Source of the DNA: Clostridia bacterium
GTDB taxonomy: Bacteria; Bacillota; Clostridia; Oscillospirales; CAG-272
Direction of reading: 5' to 3'
NCBI GenBank assembly: GCA_017502875.1
Contig: JAFVUF010000012.1
Span: 23,388 to 87,387 of the forward strand
Length of the DNA stretch: 64,000 nt
Part shown: in pieces, positions 18,588 to 27,363 of the stretch
Layout: every line of letters starts with the position of its first letter
Position numbering within the stretch: the first letter of the stretch is position 1
The notes under the pieces: generated by a model
What the model was told of the DNA's origin: nothing
The model's input: only the letters and a program-made list of their open reading frames with translations
The model's database searches: none
Translations under genes and position numbers: made by a program

Positions 18588-19232
18588 ATGGAATTTATTT
18601 ACTGTATACTTATCGGCTACTTTGTAGGAGCGCTTAACCCTACGTATATCATCGCGAAAATAAAAGGCTTTGATATACGCAAAAAGGGCTCGCGCAACGC
18701 GGGAGCGTCAAACGCACTCATAAATTTCGGCGCGGCAGTCGGGATACTGTGCGGCGCGTTTGATATTTTCAAGGCTACGGGCGCGATACTGCTTTCTCAG
18801 CTCCTTATGCCGCATTTCACCTATGCTCTTGCCGTAACGGGAACGGCGTGTATAATCGGGCATATTTTTCCGTTCTATATGGGCTTCAAGGGCGGCAAGG
18901 GAACCTCGTGCCTTGCGGGAACCGTGCTTGCTTTCGATTGGCGGGTTTTTCTGATAATGTTAGCGATAGAAATAGCTGTCGTGCTGATAAGCGACTACCT
19001 GTGCTTTTTGCCGATAAGCGTCAGCATAGCGCTCCCGATAGTCTACGGAGTTATGAGAAGCGACCTTATCGGCTCGCTTATTCTCGGTATCTCGACAGTC
19101 GTAATACTCATAAAGAACATTGAAAACATAACAAGAATAACGCAAGGGCGTGAAATGCACCTGAGCTACCTCTGGAATAAGGATAAAGAGACCGAGCGAA
19201 TGAAAAACGCAACCGACGGAAAATATGAATAA
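18588..19232 (+). CDS. plsY: glycerol-3-phosphate acyltransferase PlsY family
   Basis: DIRKKGSRNAGASN, DIFKA, GHIFP..FKGGKG. Confidence 0.85.
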   Translation: MEFIYCILIGYFVGALNPTYIIAKIKGFDIRKKGSRNAGASNALINFGAAVGILCGAFDIFKATGAILLSQLLMPHFTYALAVTGTACIIGHIFPFYMGFKGGKGTSCLAGTVLAFDWRVFLIMLAIEIAVVLISDYLCFLPISVSIALPIVYGVMRSDLIGSLILGISTVVILIKNIENITRITQGREMHLSYLWNKDKETERMKNATDGKYE

Positions 19233-19236
19233 AAGC

Positions 19237-19268
19237 AGCGGGCTGTCAAAAAAACGACAGCCCGCTTT
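19237..19268. terminator. intrinsic terminator after plsY
   Basis: AGCGGGCTGTC/GACAGCCCGCT followed by TT. Confidence 0.75.
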
Positions 19269-19358
19269 AATTATAATGTTTTTTCTTCTTTGTTAATAAG
19301 GAAGCGGTAAAGCCTACCTCTCCGAAAGCCGCGGCAAAGCCCTGCCAGAAATAATTCT

Positions 19359-19793
19359 CTATTTTTCCGTTTCCTTGATACCTGACAGCTCCTCCACCTC
19401 GGACAGCTCAACCTTTAAGTCGCCCTTGGATACAAGGAATCTGCGAATAGCGAACAGTCCGCCTATACAGAGCACGCTCGCTACGTTCAAAAGGGGATTG
19501 CTGTGATTTACGATAACCTGACGGGCAATAGCTACTATAAGAACCTCAAGCGTGTTTGCGGGAGTAAGATTTATAAGCATACGAACAAACTCAAGACCGA
19601 CGACGATAGCGAGTATATTGTTTAAGAACATATCAACGCTCTCAAAATATCCGCTGACGGCAAACATCTTGTAAACCTCGTAGCCGGTGAGAAATATAAG
19701 CACCAATATCATAAGAACAGCTATGATATATTCAAGAATATGTACTGCGCAATGAAAAAATCTGCTTGACGGAGTGTTAACTGTTTTTTTCAT
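19359..19793 (-). CDS. small membrane protein, PsiE-like family (tentative)
   Basis: Four hydrophobic segments with VVGLEF..ML and EVLIVAIARQVI motifs; own promoter TTGACA-17-TAGAAT at 19827-19855. Confidence 0.65.
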   Translation of the reverse strand: MKKTVNTPSSRFFHCAVHILEYIIAVLMILVLIFLTGYEVYKMFAVSGYFESVDMFLNNILAIVVGLEFVRMLINLTPANTLEVLIVAIARQVIVNHSNPLLNVASVLCIGGLFAIRRFLVSKGDLKVELSEVEELSGIKETEK

Positions 19794-19978
19794 ACGGTTT
19801 TCCCTTCTCTTACAGTTTTTTTATTTATTCTACCTTTTTTTCTCAAAATTGTCAATATATAATACAGTTTTTATACAATTTGTTCACCGTTATCATTCAA
19901 AAAACAAAGCCTGTTATTAATTTTTCAGCGCTTGAATATTATTCCGCTTTCCGCAAATTTAAACGTGTAAGGAAGAAT

Positions 19979-20002
19979 AAAAGCGGATTATAATCTGCTT
20001 TT
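19979..20002 (-). terminator. terminator after the AraC gene
   Basis: AAAGCGGATTA/TAATCTGCTTT inverted repeat. Confidence 0.55.
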
Positions 20003-20750
20003 ATTCCTGTTTTATGTTAGCATATTCAGACATATGTTGTTTGCGGTACTGAAGGGGCGAAAGACCGGTATGTTTTTTGAAGCAGCTGGAAAAATAGAAG
20101 GGGTCTTGAAAGCCGCACTTTGCGGAAATAACCCCAATACTGTCGTATGTAGGCATAACAAGTAATTGTTTTGCGCGTTCAATACGAAGCTCGGTAAGAT
20201 AATTATTCGGCGTTTTTTGCGTTTGCGCCTTAAAGCTTCTTCTCATATAGTCTGTGTTATATCCCATATTCTTAATTTCAGCGCAAATATCAAAGTCGGA
20301 ATTTTCTATATTTTCAAAAATAGTATTTTTTAGTCTCTCTACCTTCCAGTCATAATTTTTAGTATATAGAAAGCGGTTTGCGTATTGAAGCAGGGCATGG
20401 GCAAGGCTATTAGCTATTGATTGATAGTTATCCTCCTTTTTGTTTATGATTTCACTTATCATAAACGCAAGCTTCTCGGCGCACCCGTTATTATCGTGAA
20501 AGAACAAGGGCGCGGTAAAATCCGAAGATACTATATGAATTATCAAATCGGAAAACCCTTCTTCCGAGTAGTCATAATGAATAGTATCGGGCGGCAGAAA
20601 ATACATATCGCCGCGCGACACATTATACGTTTGATCACCTACCGTCGTATGAGTATCGCCGTTAATCCTATAAACTATCTCTATACAACTGTGTTTGTGT
20701 TTTTTTGAACATAACATATCCGTGTTAATCGCAGACTGCAAAACCTTCAT
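20001..20750 (-). CDS. AraC-family regulator with cupin sensor domain
   Basis: HKHSCIEI cupin motif; RIERAKQLL, CGFQDPFYFSSCFKKHTGLSPLQYR HTH. Confidence 0.92.
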   Translation of the reverse strand: MKVLQSAINTDMLCSKKHKHSCIEIVYRINGDTHTTVGDQTYNVSRGDMYFLPPDTIHYDYSEEGFSDLIIHIVSSDFTAPLFFHDNNGCAEKLAFMISEIINKKEDNYQSIANSLAHALLQYANRFLYTKNYDWKVERLKNTIFENIENSDFDICAEIKNMGYNTDYMRRSFKAQTQKTPNNYLTELRIERAKQLLVMPTYDSIGVISAKCGFQDPFYFSSCFKKHTGLSPLQYRKQHMSEYANIKQE

Positions 20751-20773
20751 ATTTTCCCCTCCGTTCTGACAAC

Positions 20774-20852
20774 AGAATATCACAAAAAGTCGGTATTGTC
20801 AAGATTTATGTCGTAATTTAATATTGCGTTTTTTATAACAATCTAATATACT
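20774..20852. promoter_or_regulatory. divergent promoters for araC and the GRE operon
   Basis: Minus: TTGACA(20797-20802)-17-TATTCT; plus: TTGCGT(20824)-17-TATACT. Confidence 0.6.
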
Positions 20853-20893
20853 GTCCTTGTAAAATACAGGGCTGTGAGAGGAGAAAACAAACG

Positions 20894-22987
20894 GTGAATT
20901 GTCGCATTGAAAAATTACTCAATATTGTTCTTAAAGAAAACTATCCGTTCCGCTGTAAAGACGGTCATATAGGCTCTAAGCTTGCAGACGCAAACGAAAG
21001 CGAACGACTGAGAATTATTAAAGAGGAATACGCTAAGGTAATTGAAATTGACGAAGTATCTCTTTTAGCAGGCTATTATCCCACCATTTCATTTACTGAA
21101 TTCAATAAAATAGATGATTCAAGCGCCAAAGCCATGCTAAATGAAAAATACACTCCTTGTAATACTAACATTTATAAGGTAGGCGGACACCACTTCGACT
21201 CTGATTTCGAAGGTGTAATAACAAACGGCTTCTCGGGACTTTTGGAGCAAATAGAGAGTAAAAGAGATATTGTTACAGACGAAGAGCAAAAGAAATTTCT
21301 TGATGAGCTGCGCTATGCGGCTCAGGCTGTAATAGCTTGGACACAGGCTTACGCCGAAGCGCTCCGTATAGCAGCCGAGAAAGAAACGTCAAAAGAGAGA
21401 AGCGCCGAGCTGCTTCAAATGGCAGATATATGTAGCCGTGTTCCAAGACTTCCCGCCACAAATTTCCGCGAGGCAATTCAAAGCTATTACTTCACATTTA
21501 TCCTTTACCCCGATGGACTAGGACGGCTGGATCAGTATTTATATCCTTATTATTCAGCGGATATTGAAAAGGGAATTTTAACTAAGCAAGACGCGCTGCA
21601 TCTGATTGAGGAGTTATTCATTAAAGTATTCGCGTCAAACGGCAAAAAAGAAGTCCGCAGCGCAAATAATCATTGCGTGGTTGGTGGATATACACCTAAC
21701 GGGGAGTGCGGACATAACGAATGTACCTCCTTAATACTAAAAGCGGTAACCGAATTACCCACTTGGCGCCCGCAGGTATCATACCGTGTTACGGCGAAAA
21801 CAACGTCAGAGCAGCTAAGTGAAGTAGTCGAAATGAACTACAAGCGCCACGACCTGATTATGTTCCTGAACGACGATGCGATTATAAACGGACTTTTAAG
21901 CGTAGGCGTAGAGCGCGCGGATGCCATTAATTATTCTTCTTCGGGATGCAACGAAACCGTACTCACGGGCTGCTCTCAGATGGGGGCGTTAGAGGGGCAC
22001 GTTAATCTCATGCATAGCTTGGAAAAAATGATGAAGGATACGGAAAAACTAAAATCCTTTAATGATTTTGATGAGTTTTACGCCGCGTATGAGGACTATC
22101 TTAGCGAGGATTTGGATTTTATTTTCAGATTTTCATATGATCGCGATTCGGTTATGGCGCTCCAGCCTCGAATTCTGCAATCATTACTTACAACGGGCTG
22201 TATAGACTCAGCGACTCCCATAATGAGAGGCGGCGCAAAATACAATTTTTGCACATGGTGCTTAACAGGTCTTGTAAACTTAGCCAACTCTCTGAGTATT
22301 ATCAAGCAGACCGTATTTGATGAAAAGCGCTTCACTCTTACCGAGCTTAGCCGTTTTCTCGAAAACAACTGGAAGGGCTACGAGGGGCAACGAGCTTATA
22401 TCATAAACAACTGTCGGTATTTTGGAAACGATGACGATTATGTTGATCTTCTGATTAACAGGATTGGTGTGTCCGTAAACACATTCGCAAAAAAATACAC
22501 GCCATACCGAGGCGGAAAATATTTATTCGGTACGCTTACAGGCTATGAATTGGCGCATATACATTTCGGGGCAGGCTCCGGAGCCTCTTTGGACGGCAGA
22601 TATGCCTCAGAGCCTTTTGCCGCGTCAATAGATTCCTTCCCCGGAACAAACACAAACGGAATTACATCGTATTTAAAGTCTGCTTCAAAAATTGACGAAG
22701 CCGTAATACAGTCCTCCGTTGTAGTGAATATGAAGATAGACAGAGCTATTGCGGATACCGAGGAAAAGCGTCAGCGTCTTAATGAAGTTTTGTACACGTA
22801 TTTCAGGCTGGGAGGCATTCAGCTTCAATTAAACTATCTTTCCGCGGATGAGCTGATACAAGCGCAGCAAAATCCTGAGCGCTACCAAAGCTTGCGCGTG
22901 CGCGTTACGGGCTTTTCCGGATTTTTCACTTCTTTTGATAAAGACTTACAAGACGAGCTTATTCAACGCTATTTGCATACAAATTAA
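20894..22987 (+). CDS. glycyl radical enzyme (PFL superfamily), uncharacterised subtype
   Basis: PATNFREAIQ, GRLDQYLYPYY, Cys loop SSGCNE, FGNDDDYVD, SLDGR, Gly loop LRVRVTGFSGFF; GTG start after AGGAG. Confidence 0.92.
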   Translation: MNCRIEKLLNIVLKENYPFRCKDGHIGSKLADANESERLRIIKEEYAKVIEIDEVSLLAGYYPTISFTEFNKIDDSSAKAMLNEKYTPCNTNIYKVGGHHFDSDFEGVITNGFSGLLEQIESKRDIVTDEEQKKFLDELRYAAQAVIAWTQAYAEALRIAAEKETSKERSAELLQMADICSRVPRLPATNFREAIQSYYFTFILYPDGLGRLDQYLYPYYSADIEKGILTKQDALHLIEELFIKVFASNGKKEVRSANNHCVVGGYTPNGECGHNECTSLILKAVTELPTWRPQVSYRVTAKTTSEQLSEVVEMNYKRHDLIMFLNDDAIINGLLSVGVERADAINYSSSGCNETVLTGCSQMGALEGHVNLMHSLEKMMKDTEKLKSFNDFDEFYAAYEDYLSEDLDFIFRFSYDRDSVMALQPRILQSLLTTGCIDSATPIMRGGAKYNFCTWCLTGLVNLANSLSIIKQTVFDEKRFTLTELSRFLENNWKGYEGQRAYIINNCRYFGNDDDYVDLLINRIGVSVNTFAKKYTPYRGGKYLFGTLTGYELAHIHFGAGSGASLDGRYASEPFAASIDSFPGTNTNGITSYLKSASKIDEAVIQSSVVVNMKIDRAIADTEEKRQRLNEVLYTYFRLGGIQLQLNYLSADELIQAQQNPERYQSLRVRVTGFSGFFTSFDKDLQDELIQRYLHTN

Positions 22988-22999
22988 GGAGCGAGCATA

Positions 23000-23836
23000 A
23001 TGGAGCATGGAATGATATTTGACGTTGTGCACGGTTCATTTGTAGACGGTCCGGGCGTCCGTACTGTAATATTTTTTAAAGGATGCAATCTTAGGTGTAA
23101 TTGGTGTCATAATCCGGAAAGTCAAAGCTTTAAAATCGAAATCATGCTTTATAAGAATAAATGCAACGGTTGCGGAATATGTAAGAATGTGTGTCCGCAA
23201 AAGGGAGAGGGCTGTAATTTGTGCGGCGTTTGTACGCAGTACTGTCCGTCGCAGGCAAGAAAGATTTGCGGTAAAATACGGACTGTCGATGAAGTAATGA
23301 CCGAGATTGAAAAAGACAAGGCTTTTTATAATAACCTGAGTGGCGGCGTTACCTTTTCGGGTGGAGAATGTATGCTTCAGCTTAATTTCTTAAAGGCGCT
23401 GCTAAAACGGTGCCATGAAGAAGGAATACACACCGCGGTAGACACAGCAGGCGATGTAGCTTGGGAAAGCTTTGAAGAAATCATTCCTTATACCGATGCG
23501 TTCTTATACGATGTTAAATGCTTCACCGATAAGCTGCATCAGCAGGGCACAGGAGTATCCAATAAGAAAATTTTAGATAACCTGAAAAAGCTGTCAAAAA
23601 CCTTTAAAGGCGATATTTTTATCCGTATTCCGATTATACCGGGATTTAATACAGATGAGGCGGAGCTTTTAAAAATGGCAACGTTTTTGAAAGATATTTC
23701 CTGTAAGAAAACAGAGCTGCTTCCATATCATAAGCTGGGAGCAAATAAATACGCAGCTTTGGGCAGGGAAGAAAAAATTTATACCGTACCGTCAAAAGCA
23801 GATATGGAAAAAATCAATCTCATATTTAATACATAA
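23000..23836 (+). CDS. glycyl-radical activating enzyme (radical SAM with ferredoxin-like insert)
   Basis: DGPGVRT, GCNLRCNWCHNPES, CNGCGIC...CP and CNLCGVC...CP, GGVTFSGGE, LLPYH. Confidence 0.95.
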   Translation: MEHGMIFDVVHGSFVDGPGVRTVIFFKGCNLRCNWCHNPESQSFKIEIMLYKNKCNGCGICKNVCPQKGEGCNLCGVCTQYCPSQARKICGKIRTVDEVMTEIEKDKAFYNNLSGGVTFSGGECMLQLNFLKALLKRCHEEGIHTAVDTAGDVAWESFEEIIPYTDAFLYDVKCFTDKLHQQGTGVSNKKILDNLKKLSKTFKGDIFIRIPIIPGFNTDEAELLKMATFLKDISCKKTELLPYHKLGANKYAALGREEKIYTVPSKADMEKINLIFNT

Positions 23837-23875
23837 ATAATAAATAATAAAAGAAAGGTGAAAAAGGTGAAAAAA

Positions 23876-24346
23876 ATGAAGAAATTAATTATTGGAGCAG
23901 ATGGCTCGGGATATGAGCTGAAGGAGGCTGTAAAGGCATATTTAAACGAAGCGGGTATCAGCTATGACGACGTAGGCGCGCAAAGCTTGGAGGACAGCGT
24001 TCCTTATTATACCACGGCATGCAGAGCCGCTAAAGGAATTTCCGAGGGTAGCTATGAAAAAGGACTTTTGTTCTGCGGAACAGGTATGGGCATGAGTATT
24101 ATCGCAAATAAGCATAAGGGCATCTATGCATCAGTTGTAGAAAGTGTTTACGCCGCTGAAAAATGCCGCGCGATAAATAATTCCAACATTTTGTGTATGG
24201 GCGGATTTATCGTTGGCAGCGAAATGGCGATTGAGATGGTAAAAACATTTTTAAAGACAGAATTTACAGAAAATATGGGTGGTTTTAAGGACTTTTTAAA
24301 ACAAGCCTACGCCGATATTCAAAATATGGAAAACGAACTGTTTTAA
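23876..24346 (+). CDS. RpiB/LacA/LacB family sugar isomerase (atypical residues)
   Basis: IIGAD..G..LK, FCGTGMGMSIIANK, NNSNILCMG. Confidence 0.88.
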   Translation: MKKLIIGADGSGYELKEAVKAYLNEAGISYDDVGAQSLEDSVPYYTTACRAAKGISEGSYEKGLLFCGTGMGMSIIANKHKGIYASVVESVYAAEKCRAINNSNILCMGGFIVGSEMAIEMVKTFLKTEFTENMGGFKDFLKQAYADIQNMENELF

Positions 24347-24543
24347 AAGAATAATAGCGGCGCAGTGAAATACCGAATATATGCTTCCAACGGTATTATC
24401 TTTATCGAAAAATACCGTATATAATGGGTGATGTTCTTAGCGGAGAATTATAAAAATACCACTAAGTGCGAGCATCGCATTTGACCAGTCAAATGCAAAT
24501 GGGCTAAGCCCAAACCCATATACGTAAACCCCTACACAAGCAG

Positions 24544-24595
24544 AAAGAGCAAGAGTAAAAGGAAATAAATCCTTCTATTCTTGCTCTTGTTTTTT
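24544..24595 (+). terminator. probable terminator downstream of the GRE operon
   Basis: AAGAGCAAGAG.../...TTCTTGCTCTT followed by GTTTTTT. Confidence 0.6.
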
Positions 24596-24600
24596 CTTCT

Positions 24601-24772
24601 GTCGATATATCAACTTCGTTGACTCGATATGCTTTCGCTACACTGCGAACCACCAAAATCTCATTCTTCGCTTCGGGGAACCCCAGCCGCTCAAGCTCGA
24701 TATATTGCCGCTACGCACCAATTCGATATTAGATAAATCCCTCGTTTGCGAAGCAAACATATCGAGTGCGAA
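24601..24772. repeat. TCGATAT-linked hairpin array
   Basis: TCGATAT at 24602, 24624, 24697 and 24723, inverted at 24759; hairpins CAAC-TTC-GTTG and GTTTGC-GAA-GCAAAC. Confidence 0.75.
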
Positions 24773-26044
24773 TCATTCAAGAATATATGTGTTCGAATTT
24801 GAATAGCAATATATTTCAATTTGCCATTTACCATTTGAGTAAATAACATCATTTATTCTATAAGCCCAAAATTTATCATTTTCATCATTTTTGTTTTCAT
24901 ATCCAAAATTTTGAGGATTTACCTCTAGCACAAATTGCTTAGCATCATAATAAAAAGAATATTCTTTATTATGATCTTTATCGTTGGGTAAATTTGTTGT
25001 TAGCCACTCACTCTCGCCATCTGAATACCACCGAAAAGAGTAAAATGAGTTTTCCCATTGTTTCCCGAAAACAAGCCTTCCAAATTGTTCCTCGGTAATA
25101 TAATCAAGATATTGGCTCAAATCCCAGTTGTAATTTTGTTTATTGAATTGATAAAGAGCAACATATGCTTCTCTTGCATTTTCGCTATCATTTACGTCTG
25201 TACCATATGCCGATTCAATTGTCCTTATATACTTTTGAATCTGTTTGTATTGCTTTTCTATATCCTCTACATCTTTATAACCCGAAGGTAACTTATTAAT
25301 TAAGGCAGCAATATCATCATTATTGGATTCAGTTACATTTAACATAATTGATGAGAGCTTTTGATATAATTTTTTGTAATATACAGGTATACCAATTGCC
25401 AAGCTTCCTGCAATCAATCCCAAAGTAATGACTATACCGATAATCAGATGTGATTTTTTAATTCTTTTTACTTTTATGTTTTTTTGAGAGACGGATTCTG
25501 TGGTGGCACAAATACTGAATCCCTTAGGCGCAAAGTTAGAGTTGGAAGCTCCATACATATTGATGTAAATCGTTTTGTATTCTTCTCCAGAAGGCAAGAA
25601 GGTATCGTATACGTCAACCATTCCATTGATGCCATCAACACTCATAGAACCGCGGCGATTCCACTTGATAGGGTCGCCGTTGATAGTGCAGAGAGATTTC
25701 AAGTACTTTTCCTGCTCATCGATGCCTACCGTATAAACGGGTTTTTGAGGTACAAGTCCAAAATCAGCATCAAGCTCGTTATGAGGTTGACTAGCTTTAT
25801 TGGCTTCCATGGCTTTTTGTTCTTCAATGATACCAGAATCAAGGATATTGGCAAACGTTTCGTTTTCATCAGTGGGGTTGATAATTTCTTCAGTATTGGG
25901 TTCACTATTTATTTCTATCTTGTTATAATCGGGTGCTACAACGGGAACTTCAATCTTAATACCGCAATACTGGCAAAATCCGCTATCCTGAGGAAGTTCG
26001 TTCTTACAGTTTGGGCAAATAATCTTATCATCAGTTGTTGTCAT
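24773..26044 (-). CDS. zinc-ribbon membrane-anchored hypothetical protein
   Basis: N-terminal CPNC..CQYCG, central TM (LIIGIVITLGLIAGSLAIGIPV), AT-rich; start at MTTTD after GGAG. Confidence 0.8.
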   Translation of the reverse strand: MTTTDDKIICPNCKNELPQDSGFCQYCGIKIEVPVVAPDYNKIEINSEPNTEEIINPTDENETFANILDSGIIEEQKAMEANKASQPHNELDADFGLVPQKPVYTVGIDEQEKYLKSLCTINGDPIKWNRRGSMSVDGINGMVDVYDTFLPSGEEYKTIYINMYGASNSNFAPKGFSICATTESVSQKNIKVKRIKKSHLIIGIVITLGLIAGSLAIGIPVYYKKLYQKLSSIMLNVTESNNDDIAALINKLPSGYKDVEDIEKQYKQIQKYIRTIESAYGTDVNDSENAREAYVALYQFNKQNYNWDLSQYLDYITEEQFGRLVFGKQWENSFYSFRWYSDGESEWLTTNLPNDKDHNKEYSFYYDAKQFVLEVNPQNFGYENKNDENDKFWAYRINDVIYSNGKWQIEIYCYSNSNTYILE

Positions 26045-26501
26045 AATCAATCTCCTTTTTTTCTTCATCGATTACTTTTGTTCCGCATTTTCGACAAAAC
26101 CTGCTACCGTGACTAAGCCCTGTTCCGCATTGCCTGCAAAAGCAAATTTTTTGATTTTGTTCAACCGGTTCTTGTGTAGGTTGATTTTCTTCTAATAATA
26201 GCCCTTGGGTTTCTAATATTTTTGAACCATAACTTGAAAAAAACCATGTCCACAAAAGATATGGTCCGCCAGACGATACTCCGTTTAACGCAACAAAAAA
26301 CACCATTCCAATGAAATTTATACCAAAACAAAGACATTTATATTTTTTCTTGGTTATAGATGCTTTTCTCACTTTTGCAAAAATTATAGGGAATGCACCG
26401 TATACCAAAACGGTCACTATCAGCGAAACCAATATCGCAACAAAAAACAAACCCGGGCTTTCTTGCAACAACTCAAAATAACTCACGATAAATCTCCTCA
26501 A
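26031..26501 (-). CDS. membrane protein with C-terminal zinc ribbon
   Basis: Three hydrophobic segments, FCRQCG..FCRKCGT; overlaps the next gene. Confidence 0.7.
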   Translation of the reverse strand: MRRFIVSYFELLQESPGLFFVAILVSLIVTVLVYGAFPIIFAKVRKASITKKKYKCLCFGINFIGMVFFVALNGVSSGGPYLLWTWFFSSYGSKILETQGLLLEENQPTQEPVEQNQKICFCRQCGTGLSHGSRFCRKCGTKVIDEEKKEIDYDNN

Positions 26502-26556
26502 ACATGATGATTTTTCTATATTATATCACACTATTCTTAAAATGTAAAGCCCATAA

Positions 26557-26585
26557 GTATAAATCTCCTTATTTTGCAGATACTA
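26557..26585 (+). promoter_or_regulatory. sigmaG-like forespore promoter for spoVT
   Basis: GTATA-17-GATACTA resembles the sigmaG consensus. Confidence 0.6.
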
Positions 26586-26622
26586 ACAAGGCAGTAATTT
26601 GCAAAACAAGGAGATTTTTATT

Positions 26623-27186
26623 ATGAAAGCAACCGGAATAGTCCGTAGAATAGACGACCTCGGACGTGTCGTCATACCCAAGGAAATAAGAAGAACAATG
26701 CGAATCCGCGAGGGCGACCCACTTGAAATATACACTGACCGAGAGGGTGAGGTCATATTTAAGAAGTATTCCCCTATCGGCGAGATGAATTCGTTTGCCC
26801 AACAGTATGCGGAAACACTCCATAAGACCTGCGGATTTGGCGTGGTTATCACCGACCGGGACGGCGTTATCGCCTGCGCGGGTGTGCCCAAGAAGGAGTA
26901 TTTTGAAAAGCGTCTCTCTGCCGACCTTGAAAAAATATCGGAAAACCGTTCCCCATACCGCTACCAAAACGGAGACCGTAAGCTCGCCATAATCGACGAC
27001 GCCTCTGGAACGCATTTTATATCGTGCGCCGTTCCGATAATAGCGGACGGAGACCTTATCGGCGCAGTCGTTTCCGCGATGAGCGACGAAACGGACAAAT
27101 CTGCCCGCGACGAGCTGAGAGGCACAGACGTCGAGTACCGACTTGTGCAGACCGCCGCCGCGTTTCTCGCAAGACAGCTGCAATAA
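26623..27186 (+). CDS. spoVT: stage V sporulation protein T
   Basis: MKATGIVRRIDDLGRVVIPKEIRRTMRIREGDPLEI AbrB domain plus GAF-like C-terminus ending AAAFLARQL. Confidence 0.95.
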   Translation: MKATGIVRRIDDLGRVVIPKEIRRTMRIREGDPLEIYTDREGEVIFKKYSPIGEMNSFAQQYAETLHKTCGFGVVITDRDGVIACAGVPKKEYFEKRLSADLEKISENRSPYRYQNGDRKLAIIDDASGTHFISCAVPIIADGDLIGAVVSAMSDETDKSARDELRGTDVEYRLVQTAAAFLARQLQ

Positions 27187-27193
27187 TAAAAAA

Positions 27194-27237
27194 GAAATGA
27201 CCCGTAATCCGCCATTTTGGCGTTCACGGGTCATTTT
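27194..27237. terminator. terminator after spoVT
   Basis: AAATGACCCGT/ACGGGTCATTT stem. Confidence 0.7.
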
Positions 27238-27260
27238 CAGTATCAATAAAGAAATCTCAT

Positions 27261-27343
27261 CAAAAGCATTTCGCTCTCTGCGGAGAGCAACAAGACCTGC
27301 GCGGTCTTGACTGCGCGAGCTTTTGAAAAAGCTCGACCAAAGC
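27261..27343. repeat. repeat family B, copy 2 (partial)
   Basis: TTTCGCTCTCTGCGGAGAGC, CAAGACC/GGTCTTG and CGAGCTTTTGAAAAAGCTCG hairpins. Confidence 0.85.
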
Positions 27344-27363
27344 ATCTAAACACTACGAACTTC

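Noticed and set aside
20894-22987. Calling the GRE pyruvate formate-lyase (pflB), CutC or glycerol dehydratase
   Set aside because: No CC pair, a GCNE loop, shorter length and none of the usual neighbouring genes
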